A stretch of 32,000 nucleotides of DNA from positions 1 through 32,000 of the forward strand of contig CAZMGY010000005.1 in NCBI GenBank assembly GCA_964565945.1. Direction: 5' to 3'. The notes beneath the pieces are model-generated. The model was not told the origin of the DNA and ran no database searches. It worked only from the letters and a program-made list of their open reading frames with translations. This DNA is from an uncultured bacterium. GTDB lineage: Bacteria; GCA-001730085. Each line of letters starts with the position of its first letter. The first letter of the stretch is position 1. The position numbers and the translations under genes were made by a program. Shown here one piece after another: positions 1 through 10,100 of the stretch.

Positions 1-26
1 TTATTGATTTTACGGTTCTGGTAACG

Positions 27-1724
27 ATGGAAAAACTGGTTGAAGAGTTTGAAAAACTAGAGCAAGATCAACGAGAATCTTGGTTTAAGGATGTGGTGCA
101 AAAATTCAATAACAACCAACCACCTTGTTACCTTGGCAAAGCGCGTGTTTTGTACGATATTCTCTTTGAGGATAGCTTGCTCTTTTCATCGGAAATGACA
201 TTTGCTGGAAATATGCAAGCATTTATTAAAGATTATGTTAAGAAAAAAGTTCAACGATTTATTAAGGATAATCGGGCCTTAATTAAGGCAGGAGCATCGG
301 TTGCGCTGTATGGGGCTTTTTTTGAATTTCGCAACAAAGAGCTTAGGTGGGAAAGAATTAAGAGCGAGTTGCCTTTAGAATACGTACCGTTTATTTTAGC
401 TATGAGTGCTAGGGAAGAAGTTAGGGATATTCAAGCTCAAGACAAGAGTTTGAATCGCCACAACTATGAAGCCTATTTTGCGGATATGAGTGAAGCTGGG
501 ATAGGCTACCTTGTGCACGATGCTTATGACGCTAGGGCTATGATTTCTGATGAAATGGCACTTGATATAGAAGCTAGTGCGTCAGAGAGGATTCAAGCCA
601 TGGAAAACTATATAAGGGGGGTGTGGTTCATGTTGTCTGGAACGTTTAAAGATGGAGATATGTGGCCCACGCCGTTTATTCGAGGCGTAGTGCATCATCG
701 GTCGTGGATACTGGGAGAATTTTATAATGATTTGCAGAATAATTTTTTTAAGATTCTTCGTAGTGCTGAAGCTAGTTTAGATAATATTAAATGGATAAAC
801 GAAATTGATGTTGAGGATTTGTTTCGAAGAACCTTGATGCAAAATGAGTATGATGTAAGGATTGACGGAGGATCCTTTAGGGTGAAGCACCGTTTCGAGA
901 AAAAAGATTTAAGGCTTCTTAAAACAAAGCTTGGCGAGAATATAAGAGACGATAAATATTTGTCTCTTCGATTTGTGTTTGATTTACTGCCACCAGAATT
1001 ACCCATTCAGAAAATGGTCAAGAGGCAGTTAACTACAGAACGGCGTGGATTGTGGACTACTTTATTTCCGTCTGGGGTGATGGAGGCTGAGGATCCTATT
1101 GAGGTGTCTGTGAACTATCTTGATGATTCGGAGACTTTTGAAACTACGGGACTGCTAAGTCGAATTAAGCCTAAGGATATTCAGGCGGTTCGTTTTGATA
1201 ATTTAGAAGATATGAGAAGAGCGATCATGAGTGCTCTAAATAATCCCCGCAAAGAGGTTTTGGATCGATTACGGGATATTCTTGTTTATGCTCGAATAAC
1301 AGATTTGAATAATTCTTTTGATCTAAAGGTCGAGAAAGGTGGTGACAAATATAGTGTGAATATGCTTCCTTTTGCCGCTCCTGGTGAAAAACTTTTCGAT
1401 TTAGTTGAAGTTCCCGTGATCTATCAAAATCAGTCCTTGGTGACCCTTCCTTTGCAAGGATTTTTTGATGTTAAAGAGATTCAAAATAGCTTGATTCAGC
1501 TGATATCACCAAGGTTCAGAGAGAAGGTTTCATTTGATCTTTATGCTGTTTGGAAGCCTGCGTTAGATGGTGAAGAGGAGGCAAGTGTAAAGGTGGAGTT
1601 TGTCGAAAAATTGACCAAAGATAATCAAGATATTCTTTGGGGATGTAGGTGGACTGGGCTGGAAATGAGACCTAAACCTGGAAGGTTTTTTTCATTGTCA
1701 AATGAGATACTTAAAGCAGCTTAG
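27..1724 (+). CDS. Hypothetical protein (565 aa from first ATG), no recognisable domain; 5' end uncertain
   Basis: Long uninterrupted ORF. The frame stays open from position 3 up to the ATG at 27, so the gene may begin left of the window. I recognise no Walker, nuclease, signal-peptide or other motif. Its TAG stop (1722-1724) overlaps the stop of the convergent gene. Confidence 0.6.
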   Translation: MEKLVEEFEKLEQDQRESWFKDVVQKFNNNQPPCYLGKARVLYDILFEDSLLFSSEMTFAGNMQAFIKDYVKKKVQRFIKDNRALIKAGASVALYGAFFEFRNKELRWERIKSELPLEYVPFILAMSAREEVRDIQAQDKSLNRHNYEAYFADMSEAGIGYLVHDAYDARAMISDEMALDIEASASERIQAMENYIRGVWFMLSGTFKDGDMWPTPFIRGVVHHRSWILGEFYNDLQNNFFKILRSAEASLDNIKWINEIDVEDLFRRTLMQNEYDVRIDGGSFRVKHRFEKKDLRLLKTKLGENIRDDKYLSLRFVFDLLPPELPIQKMVKRQLTTERRGLWTTLFPSGVMEAEDPIEVSVNYLDDSETFETTGLLSRIKPKDIQAVRFDNLEDMRRAIMSALNNPRKEVLDRLRDILVYARITDLNNSFDLKVEKGGDKYSVNMLPFAAPGEKLFDLVEVPVIYQNQSLVTLPLQGFFDVKEIQNSLIQLISPRFREKVSFDLYAVWKPALDGEEEASVKVEFVEKLTKDNQDILWGCRWTGLEMRPKPGRFFSLSNEILKAA

Positions 1725-3964
1725 TTGTTTTCTTGAGATTGAATGCACAGCTCGAACCAGGTATCAAAGGCGCTGGTTTGCATAAAGTTTGTCCAGATAA
1801 ATCCAGTGAGATAATTTTCAATCATGAGCATGCTGAGGCCTTGGTTAATGCCGATGTACTTATTCGAAAACCAACTTTGGCTTAGGTTGAAGGAATCTCT
1901 AAATCCATAAAAACCATAAAGATGATTTTTGTAAGTGTCGTAGAAGTGACGTAGCGCTGGTAAAGAAATCTCGGGAGTGAGAGGTAAGGAACCTATAGCT
2001 GCCGAGGGCGAGAGTGTGCCATCGTGCAAATTAACCCCAGGTTTGGCGCCATAACCTTTGAATCCCTGTGGGCCACCACTTGCGGTAAGGCCCCACGCAT
2101 TTTCGCCATAACTGCGGTATTCTTTTTGGTGGTCGATGCAAAATTGGCGGTTGGCATAGGTGGCGGCAATGGTGTTAGTCCAATGGTTGAGACCATGATC
2201 ATTGATGTTTTTAAAATCAATAAAGAGATGTGGGTATTGGTACACAAATAAACTGCCAGTTTGTGAATAGACCATAGTGTAATCTTTGTAATTACCAAGA
2301 GGGCGTTTGACGTTTATCCAGTATTGCTTGGAAATGGGGTGGGTTGGCGAACCAATTGCAAGGACATAGGCCAAAAGACTTTCGTTGTAGGTGTGCCAGT
2401 AATAGGGTAAAAAGCCTAATTCGGGTTTCCATCCCATGGCTAGGCTCGACTTGCCGTTGGTCATCCATTCCCAGTCGATTCGTTCGTAGAGTCGTTGCGC
2501 AATATCACTGATTTCGGAATTTTTAAAGAATTGCCCAGCGGTGAGGGCGCCAGCGATAAACAGGGCTGTGTCCATCGAGGAGATTTCGGAACTCCATACA
2601 CGTTGACCTGTTTTAAGATCGACAAAGTGATAGTAAAAACCATTTTTGTGTTCCACAGTATTTTCGATGGTTTTGAGAGCTTTAAGTGTCATTTTGAAGG
2701 CCTCGTCGTAGTCGAGCCAACCTTTGTCGCTAGCAATGCAATAGGAGACTAAGGCGAAGCCTAAAGCCGAAATACTGGCGGGAGACTTGGGAGTACTGTT
2801 GTCTTTGACCAGGCCATTGTCTTTATTGATTTCGCCAGTGAAGTATTTAAAGGTATCATATTCGATTTTTTTCAAGAAATCGATACGGGTGTCACGCGAT
2901 GTTTTGGAGGCCTCTTGCACAACTTCACTTTGTTCGTTGTTGTGATAGAGATCGTAGTCGATCAGTTTAACACTTGTGATACTGGCGATTTCGGTGGGTA
3001 GTAGTGTTGTTTCTGATCCGTCAATAGTATTGAGGTTGACAATATCGTAATCGGTTTGGCTGAGTTTACCAATAAGGGTATTGGTGTTGTTGAGGGTTAC
3101 AATGTCGAGCGTATCATTTTCGTTGAGTTTGGCATAGTGTTGTGTGCCCAAAATGTGAATGCCGTAGTTCTTGTTTTGAAAGTTGAGCAATTGGTTGCGC
3201 GTGCTGCGTAGTTCCTGATTAAGATTTTCGATATTATCTTTGAGAAGCAAATTGCTTTTTTTAAGCTGATTGATCAGAGCTTCGATCTTTTCGTCAGTTT
3301 GATTGAGTGCAATGGTAGTGATTTCTTTTTTAAGTTTTGTCTGTGTTTTTTTCTCGCTTTCCAATTGACCTTTAAGAGTAATTTCTTTTTTCTTGAGTTG
3401 ACTCAGACTTTCTTGAGTTTTTACCTGAGATTGTTGCAGTTCGGAGATATTACCTTCGAGCGTTTTGTTCTGCTGAGAGGCATCCCAGTAATAAAAAGAG
3501 ATATAAGCACCAAAAGTGAGTAGCAGAAGAATGAGAATGGCTAATTCATAAGGTTTGCGCCGCAGTGAGTTGACATAGGCACAGAGGCGCTTGCGATCAT
3601 GTTCGATAATATCTTCGTATTGCACTCCAATCAAGACCGATTCGATGCCTTGATCTTTAATCACTTTATACCAAGCTTTTTGGGCAAAAGCTGCGATCGG
3701 GTGGCGCGAAAATGGGGGTGTGATCATAAGAGCCATACGGTATTGATTGCTATCCAAATAATCGTAAAAAGATTTTTGTGGAGAGTAGAGCTGTAGGCAA
3801 AGGCCTCCTTTGGAGATATCCCGCGTAAAACATTGGAGGGTCTTGCTTGCTGTTTGACTGGACTTTTTATCGACAAATCGTATCTCCACTGGAAAAACAG
3901 TGTTGACGCGTAGATACGTTCTTTGTTCATGTTCGGCAGGACGTTTTTTTTTGAATAAACCCAT
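1721..3964 (-). CDS. PilZ domain / single TM helix / coiled coil / GH144-like (DUF3131, putative beta-1,2-glucanase) fusion protein
   Basis: PilZ motifs RTYLR (RxxxR, 3908-3922) and DISKGG (DxSxxG, 3803-3820). Hydrophobic helix PYELAILILLLLTFGAYISFYYW (about 3484-3552). Next comes about 130 aa of heptad-like K/E/Q/L-rich sequence. The C-terminal ~390 aa carry strings typical of the GH144/DUF3131 family (NGFYYHFVDLKTGQ, YGFYGFRDSFN, GINQGLSMLMIENY). I prefer the ATG at 3964 (MGLFKKKRP): AAGGA lies 11 nt upstream and a TTGACA-17-CATAAT promoter precedes it. The track start at 4153 is a TTG followed by 63 aa of low-quality sequence. Confidence 0.8.
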   Translation of the reverse strand: MGLFKKKRPAEHEQRTYLRVNTVFPVEIRFVDKKSSQTASKTLQCFTRDISKGGLCLQLYSPQKSFYDYLDSNQYRMALMITPPFSRHPIAAFAQKAWYKVIKDQGIESVLIGVQYEDIIEHDRKRLCAYVNSLRRKPYELAILILLLLTFGAYISFYYWDASQQNKTLEGNISELQQSQVKTQESLSQLKKKEITLKGQLESEKKTQTKLKKEITTIALNQTDEKIEALINQLKKSNLLLKDNIENLNQELRSTRNQLLNFQNKNYGIHILGTQHYAKLNENDTLDIVTLNNTNTLIGKLSQTDYDIVNLNTIDGSETTLLPTEIASITSVKLIDYDLYHNNEQSEVVQEASKTSRDTRIDFLKKIEYDTFKYFTGEINKDNGLVKDNSTPKSPASISALGFALVSYCIASDKGWLDYDEAFKMTLKALKTIENTVEHKNGFYYHFVDLKTGQRVWSSEISSMDTALFIAGALTAGQFFKNSEISDIAQRLYERIDWEWMTNGKSSLAMGWKPELGFLPYYWHTYNESLLAYVLAIGSPTHPISKQYWINVKRPLGNYKDYTMVYSQTGSLFVYQYPHLFIDFKNINDHGLNHWTNTIAATYANRQFCIDHQKEYRSYGENAWGLTASGGPQGFKGYGAKPGVNLHDGTLSPSAAIGSLPLTPEISLPALRHFYDTYKNHLYGFYGFRDSFNLSQSWFSNKYIGINQGLSMLMIENYLTGFIWTNFMQTSAFDTWFELCIQSQENN

Positions 3965-3997
3965 GGAATACAAAATCCTTTTCAAAACACGTCCATT

Positions 3998-4026
3998 ATT
4001 ATGGTCAAGACCTGGGAAATTGTCAA
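3998..4026 (-). promoter_or_regulatory. Sigma70-type promoter for the PilZ-glucanase gene
   Basis: On the minus strand: TTGACA (4021-4026), exactly 17 nt spacer, CATAAT (3998-4003). It lies about 35 nt upstream of the ATG at 3964. Confidence 0.5.
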
Positions 4027-4175
4027 TATATAGCATTAAAGATAAAGATTTCTTCAAAAAATTTGACAGAAAGTTTTTATTTTTCGTACGCTTAACATAT
4101 AATGATCCCATATTGGGGGAAATGGGAATGCTCTCATATGAATTATCTATCAAAAATTGGGGTTGTTCTAGTTAG

Positions 4176-7100
4176 ATGAAAAAGTCTTATGTGTTTTTAC
4201 TATTAATAGGTTTTGTTGCTCAATCCGCGATTCTGTTTCCTTTCGAACGTGAACAAGATATTCCACGCATTGTTCAAAATGAGCGTCAGCTTATGTTGCA
4301 TTTTATGCAAGGTAAGGGGTTTTTTAAAAATAGCAATTACGAACAGGCGAGAGAAGAATTTTTGCGTGTTATTCAAATCAATTCTGACTATCGCCCGGCC
4401 TATGAGTATTTAGAGAGAATTCAGGATATAGCGATCCAAAAATCGCAAGAGGAACAGGAACGTCGTGCCTATATGAATCGTGCCTTGGATATGATGGATA
4501 CGGTTAAAGAAAAATTACGTTTACCTTCAGATGAAGACTTGTTTTACCAACTCACTGAGTCGGAGCAAAAAAAGCTAGATGGTTATGTGGGTGACAATGA
4601 GTTTAGCAAAATGATCGAAGAGCAGCGTTTAACGGTGTTAAATAAAGCTAAGCAAATCAAAAAAGACATTGATAAAGTTCTTGAGGAAAGACAAAAATCC
4701 GATGTTATGCGTAATGTGGCTGGGCGGGACGAGGCTTTTATGGTTCAAGGGTTTGAGCCTTACACACGCGAAAATGCGACGATGAAAGAAAACGTAGAAA
4801 GGGTGGCCGAAGCGCAAGAAGAGATGGATGCCAATTTCTTTTTTAATCGACGTCAAAAAATCGAAAGCTTTTATCAACGTGGGGTTCAGGCCTACAAACT
4901 CAGAGATTATCCTTTGGCTAAGGATATGTTTGAAAAAGTTCTTAAGTTGGAGCCAGGCTATAGGTATGCACAAGATTATCACGAAAGTAGCACGTCTCAG
5001 CTAATGATTAAAGAAATTCAAGAGCGTAAAAATCGTAAATTGCTCAAAAGGGCGCGTAGAAATCGTAAGCCAAGGGTGCAGGAACCCATTGAAATTGTTT
5101 CTCAAAACCGGGCTCTTGAAGAAAGTTCTGCCGTGGCTGAGCAGATGAGTCAAGCTTTTGAAGAACGCAAGGGAGCCTTATTGACTGGACATCGCGATGA
5201 GCTGTTGGCTACAGGTATTAAAGCGATGGAGATGAAAGACTACAACAAAGCGATGGAGATTTTTGAACAAATCCTGCGTTATGACCCCAAAGACCGCAGT
5301 GCAGAAAAGTATCGTCAGAAAATTCTTGTTCATATCAGTGAGAAGGAAGAAGCTGTTTTAGAAGCTTTAAGTCAGGTTCAAAATATGGCATTTGAGGAGT
5401 CTATGTCTCCAGCGACGCCTAAGGTTGACTTGGACCCCAATGCGGATTTTCAAGCTAATGAAGCTTTGGTTGATGTTGTTGCCAAACAACGTCGTGTGGT
5501 TGAACTTTATGAGAAAGGAAAGCATTTTTATCGTCAAAAAAATTATACGGCTGCATTGCAGCATTTTCGAGAGTTGGAATTGCTTGACCCTGCACACCGT
5601 TATGTTAGAAAGTATATGCATCGGTGTGAGCATCTTCTCAATATAGGACGTAAGGAAGTACCTCGCTTAGATCCTGCCAAACTTTACGCTCAAGGTGTGA
5701 AGCATTTCAAAAATAAGGAGTATCGTTTGGCGGCTCGAAGATTCTGGGATGTCCTTAAATTGAATCCACAACATCGCAAAGCCCAAAAAATGTTAAAGAA
5801 AGCTCTTTCTCCACTAGATATGGGGATTAAGACTTTATTGTCCGAAATTTCTGCAGCTGAAGAGGTGCGTTCAAAACCTCAAGCCATTGAAGCTATGCCC
5901 GCACCGAAGTTACCCACAATTACAGGTGAAGAAGATCCTGAAACATTGTATGAAAAAGCTAAGCAGCTTTATCGTGCTGGAAAATACAAGCAAGTGATTC
6001 CTTTATTTGAAACTCTTGTGTCTTTATTGCCGAAGGATCCTCATGTGGAGCGCTTTTTAGAATTGAGTCGCAAAAAATTTGTTAAAGCAGGTGGTCAAGT
6101 AAAGGAAGTTGTGCCAGAGCTGGTTGCGAAATTCAAGTCGCAGGCAACTTCCGATCTGTCATTGGATCCTTCTAATAACCTTTCTGCAGCTAATGCTATT
6201 TCCCCAAAATTTACAGTGCATTACGAAAAAGGGAAAGCTTTGTTTCGTCAAGGTCAATACAAAGAAGCTATTCTGGAGTTTGAAAAAGCGGTTAAGTTGG
6301 TGCCCAATCATCGTTATGCGCCGCGTTATCTCCAACGTAGTAAAGAAAAAATGCAGGCTCAGGGCAAAGTGGCTGTTGCTTCTGCTCAAGAGATGTCCCC
6401 TCAAGACAAAGAATTCAAAACTAATTATGAAGAAGGCAAGTATTTGTATCGTCAAGGTCAATATGCTCAGGCGGAACCTTTTTTCGAAAAAGCTGTGGAA
6501 CTTAAACCGAATCATCGCTATGCCTCACGTTATTTAGAGCGTAACAAAGAAAAGCAGGCCGAAAAACAAGCGATTTCTCAACCTCTTGCATCCCCATCTC
6601 TTCCTGCAGCAGGCGTTGCGACACCACAAGCGGAAAAACAGTCTGTGAATGAAGAAACTTTTAACCGCTTTTATGAAGAGGGCAAGCGTTTGTATCGTCA
6701 AGGTCAATATGCTCAGGCGGGACCTTTTTTCGAAAAAGCTGTGGAACTTAAACCGAATCATCGCTATGCCTCACGTTATTTAGAGCGTAGCAAAGAAAAG
6801 CAGGCCGAAAAACAAGCGATTTCTCAACCTGTTGCATCCCCATCTCCTCCTACACCAGCCATTGCGATACCACAAGCGGAAAAACAATCTGTGAATGAAG
6901 AAACTTTTAACCGTTTTTATGAAGAGGGCAAGCGTTTATATCGTCAGGGAAACTATTTGGAAGCGATTGGTCAGTTTGAGGAAGCCGTTAAACTCAATTT
7001 CAATCATCGTTATGCGCCACGTTATCTTAAACGCAGTCGGGAAAAATGGGCCGAACGTCAAGAGGCTCAAAAAGAGCGTTTGGCCACAAGTGAAACGCAA

Positions 7101-10100
7101 GCCCCAGCTCCTGCTCAACAAGTTGTTACCGAGGAACAAAAAAATTCAAAAAAACTTTATGAGCAAGGCACGACGATGTATCGCGAGGGGCGTTACGCCG
7201 AAGCGTCCGATATTTTTGAACAAGTGGTGGCTCTTGAGCCTAATCATCTCTACGCGGGAGGTTATTTACTTCGTTCCAAAGAAAAAGTTTCTGCAGCTGA
7301 GTCGCGAGCTCAAGGAGCCTCGAATCCTATTGTTGTAACCGCTCTTACCAAATCTAGCCCTGCGTCTTCAGATGTCGCTGAAGATTCTGCCCGTTTGTAT
7401 GAACAAGGAAAAACAGATTTTCGTCAAGAAAATTACAAAGGGGCTATAGAAAAATTCAAGAGAGTGGTACTGCTTGACCCTAATCATCGCTATGTCAGGC
7501 GTTATTTGAAAAAATCGGAAGAGCGTTTTGCTGAGCAAAAAAAGAATGATGTTCAAACGGCTCTTTACCAAGATAAGCAGACAGATGGGGTTGCCTTAGG
7601 TCAAAAAGAGCGCTTCACTGCTGGAGAAGGTGTTTTGGAGTTTAGGGTTAATCGTAATGTAGGCATTATTGAGTTAAGTCAGGAAGCTGCAGAAATTTTA
7701 GAGTTTCGTTCTACGCAAAATAAATTTGTTCGGGTTGTTGGAAAAGAAGACTTTGAGGCAGAAGAAGATCTGATGATGTTTGAACGAGAGACGTCTATGG
7801 AAGATTATGTTGAAGAGCCTGGTGAGCATGTCGATATTGTTTTGGCCGAAGGCGATAAAAAGGTAGCTATGAAAGAAGCCAGAAAGCGCGTTAGGGCTGT
7901 TGATGTTCCTGTGGTTGCTAAACGTGCTAAACAAAAAGTTCTGAAAAAATCGAACCGTAAGAGTCGTAAGGCTTATTTTAGCGGTCTTAAGCTTTATAAG
8001 CGTTGCAACTACAAGAGGGCGGCCATTGAATTTGACAAGGCTGTGGCTTTTGATGAGGACAATTCCCTTGCTCAAAGATATTTGGTTTTGTCGTCACAAG
8101 AACTTAAGAAAAAAGGTATCACATTTAAGTCGGAATATTTGCCAGAGAATTTATCTAAGGTGGTTCAGTTTAAACAACCTTCTGTCGAAGAGGTTAAGTC
8201 AGTTTTTGAAGACGCTAAGCCTATTATGGAGAGGGTGCCTATATCCACCGACGGATCGCAAGATAATTATGAAGTTGTGAAAACCGTTCAGATGACAGAT
8301 CCTGCGGTTTTAATTAAACGTAAGCAGCAGCGTGAAAATGTGAAGAAAATATACACCAAAGGTGTCGAGGCTTACGAAGCTAAAGACTATGAAACGGCTC
8401 TTGTTCTATTTGAGCAATCCAGTGTTATGGCGCCTAAGAATAAGAGCGTGCTTAAAGCTCTAAGGTTAACGAAACAGAAACTTAGTGCTGCTGCCAAAGC
8501 CAAACAGATGGCTACCCAAAGAGAAGAGGAGAAAAAAGTTTCTCAAAAGATAGATGTGATTTATGTTCGGGCGAAAGAACTCTTTCGGGAGAAAAAATAT
8601 CAAGAGGCCTATGTGATTTTTAAAGATGTGATTGCTCAGGATCCTAAGCATTATTTTGCTCAAAAATATTTTGTTAAATCTAGGGAAGAATTAATTGCTT
8701 TAGGCGTTGATCCAGAAAAAAAATCAATAGCCATGCATCAAAAAGCTTTATTGACGGAAGAAGCGGATATGGCGTCACGCTTGTTCGAAAAGGGTAAACG
8801 CAACTTCGAAAAAAAGTTGTACGAAAGAGCGGTTAAAGAGTTTTATGTGGTTAAGTTGATGCAACCTGATCATCGTCACACGTGCAAATATTTGAATCGA
8901 AGCGTGAAACATATTGAACTTAGCCGTTGGATGGATATGAAAGATAATTTGGATGAGAATTTCAAAAAAAGTCCCTACTATGCCACCCAAAGGGAGGGAT
9001 ATGCTCTGAGTCGGAGTGATCAAAAAAATATCGACTCTTTCATCACCAAAGGCTTAAGACATTATCGTAGGCAAGAGTTTGAGAAAGCTTTGCTGTTTTT
9101 TGATAAAGCGAGAGATATAGATCCTTATTATGGTGAGTTGTCGATTTGGAAGACTAATGCAAGATATTTGTTAGATATATTGGAACATAAAATCAATGGT
9201 GAAATGGAGCAGGTTAAGGTTAAGTCCGAATTTGTTCTTAAAACAGATCCCGACAATGCATTAGCGAAGAAATATGCCACTTTAGGTGAGTTGGAGCTTC
9301 AGTTTTATAAGGATGAGCATAAAGTGTTAAATCAATTTCAAGAAGAGTTGCGTCAGCTTAAAAACAAAAGAACGAGGCAAGAAAAATTAGTTCGAGCGTT
9401 TCAAGAAGCTAAAATTTTACATGAAAAAGGACGTTATATGGAAGCTTTAAATGGGTTTGAAGACGTTTTGGCACAGGATCCTACGAATACTTACGCGATG
9501 ACATTTGCGAAATATGCGCGTCAGAGAATTCAGGAAAAGAAGAAGCTAGAGTTAGAAATGCGTAAAGTCGAAGAGTTGCAACGAGCTGTTGAAATTCAAC
9601 AGGAAGTCAAAGTGTATGATTACTATGAAAGAGTGGAGCAGGCACAGGCAGGTATGGCGATTGTGGCCACAGGTGAAATTCCTATAAAGCAGCCTCTGGA
9701 CACAAACCCTGATGCCGTAGAGAAAATGACAGCATCAGAAAAAGCGCAGGCCTTTGTCGATAAAGGAAAAAGTGCTTACTTGCGTGGAGAATATGATAAG
9801 TCAGTTGCTTTGCTAGAAAAAGCAATTGAGATGGATGATGGAGCTAATCGTGACGAAATTCAGATATATTTGGAGCAATCAATTAAAAAACGTGAATGTC
9901 AAAAAGTTCCTTTTATATCTCCACGCGAACTGACCGAAGAAGAAAAGCAAATTATGTTGCGCAATGAATTGATGAGAAAAGGACGTTCTTTGTTCTACCG
10001 AAATAAGTATGAGTTGGCGATCACTCAATTTGAAAAAGTTTTGGGCGTCGAACCTGGATTTGAGATGGCTCAGAAGTACATGGAGTTGGTGAATAAGAAA

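Noticed and set aside
4063-4103. TTGACA (4063-4068) and TATAAT (4098-4103) as a promoter for the giant gene.
   Set aside because: The hexamers are 29 nt apart, far from the 16-18 nt optimum. TATAAT alone with a weak TTTTAT -35 may still act as a promoter, but I cannot support a confident call.
3965-4153. Track start (4153) for the PilZ-glucanase gene, and the 91-aa plus-strand ORF 3900-4175.
   Set aside because: Position 4153 is a TTG codon 22 bp from the divergent gene. The extra 63 aa look like translated AT-rich intergenic DNA. A TTGACA-17-CATAAT promoter and an AAGGA ribosome-binding site fall inside that extension and fit the ATG at 3964. The plus-strand ORF spans the promoter region and has no support.
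6426-6950. Regularly spaced near-identical repeats that could suggest a CRISPR array or satellite.
   Set aside because: The period is 246 bp and in frame. The repeats encode recognisable protein repeat units inside a continuous ORF. There is no short repeat/spacer alternation and no cas genes.
4638-8075. Many 60-147 aa ORFs antisense to, or in other frames of, the giant repeat gene (for example 4638-4982, 6109-6537, 6159-6515, 6534-6761, 6895-7338, 7698-8075).
   Set aside because: They lie wholly inside a strongly supported 2294-aa ORF. Lys/Glu-rich codons (AAA/GAA) give stop-poor antisense frames, and their translations are low-complexity F/L/K strings. The duplicated antisense ORFs 6159-6515 and 6534-6761 simply mirror the 246-bp tandem repeat.
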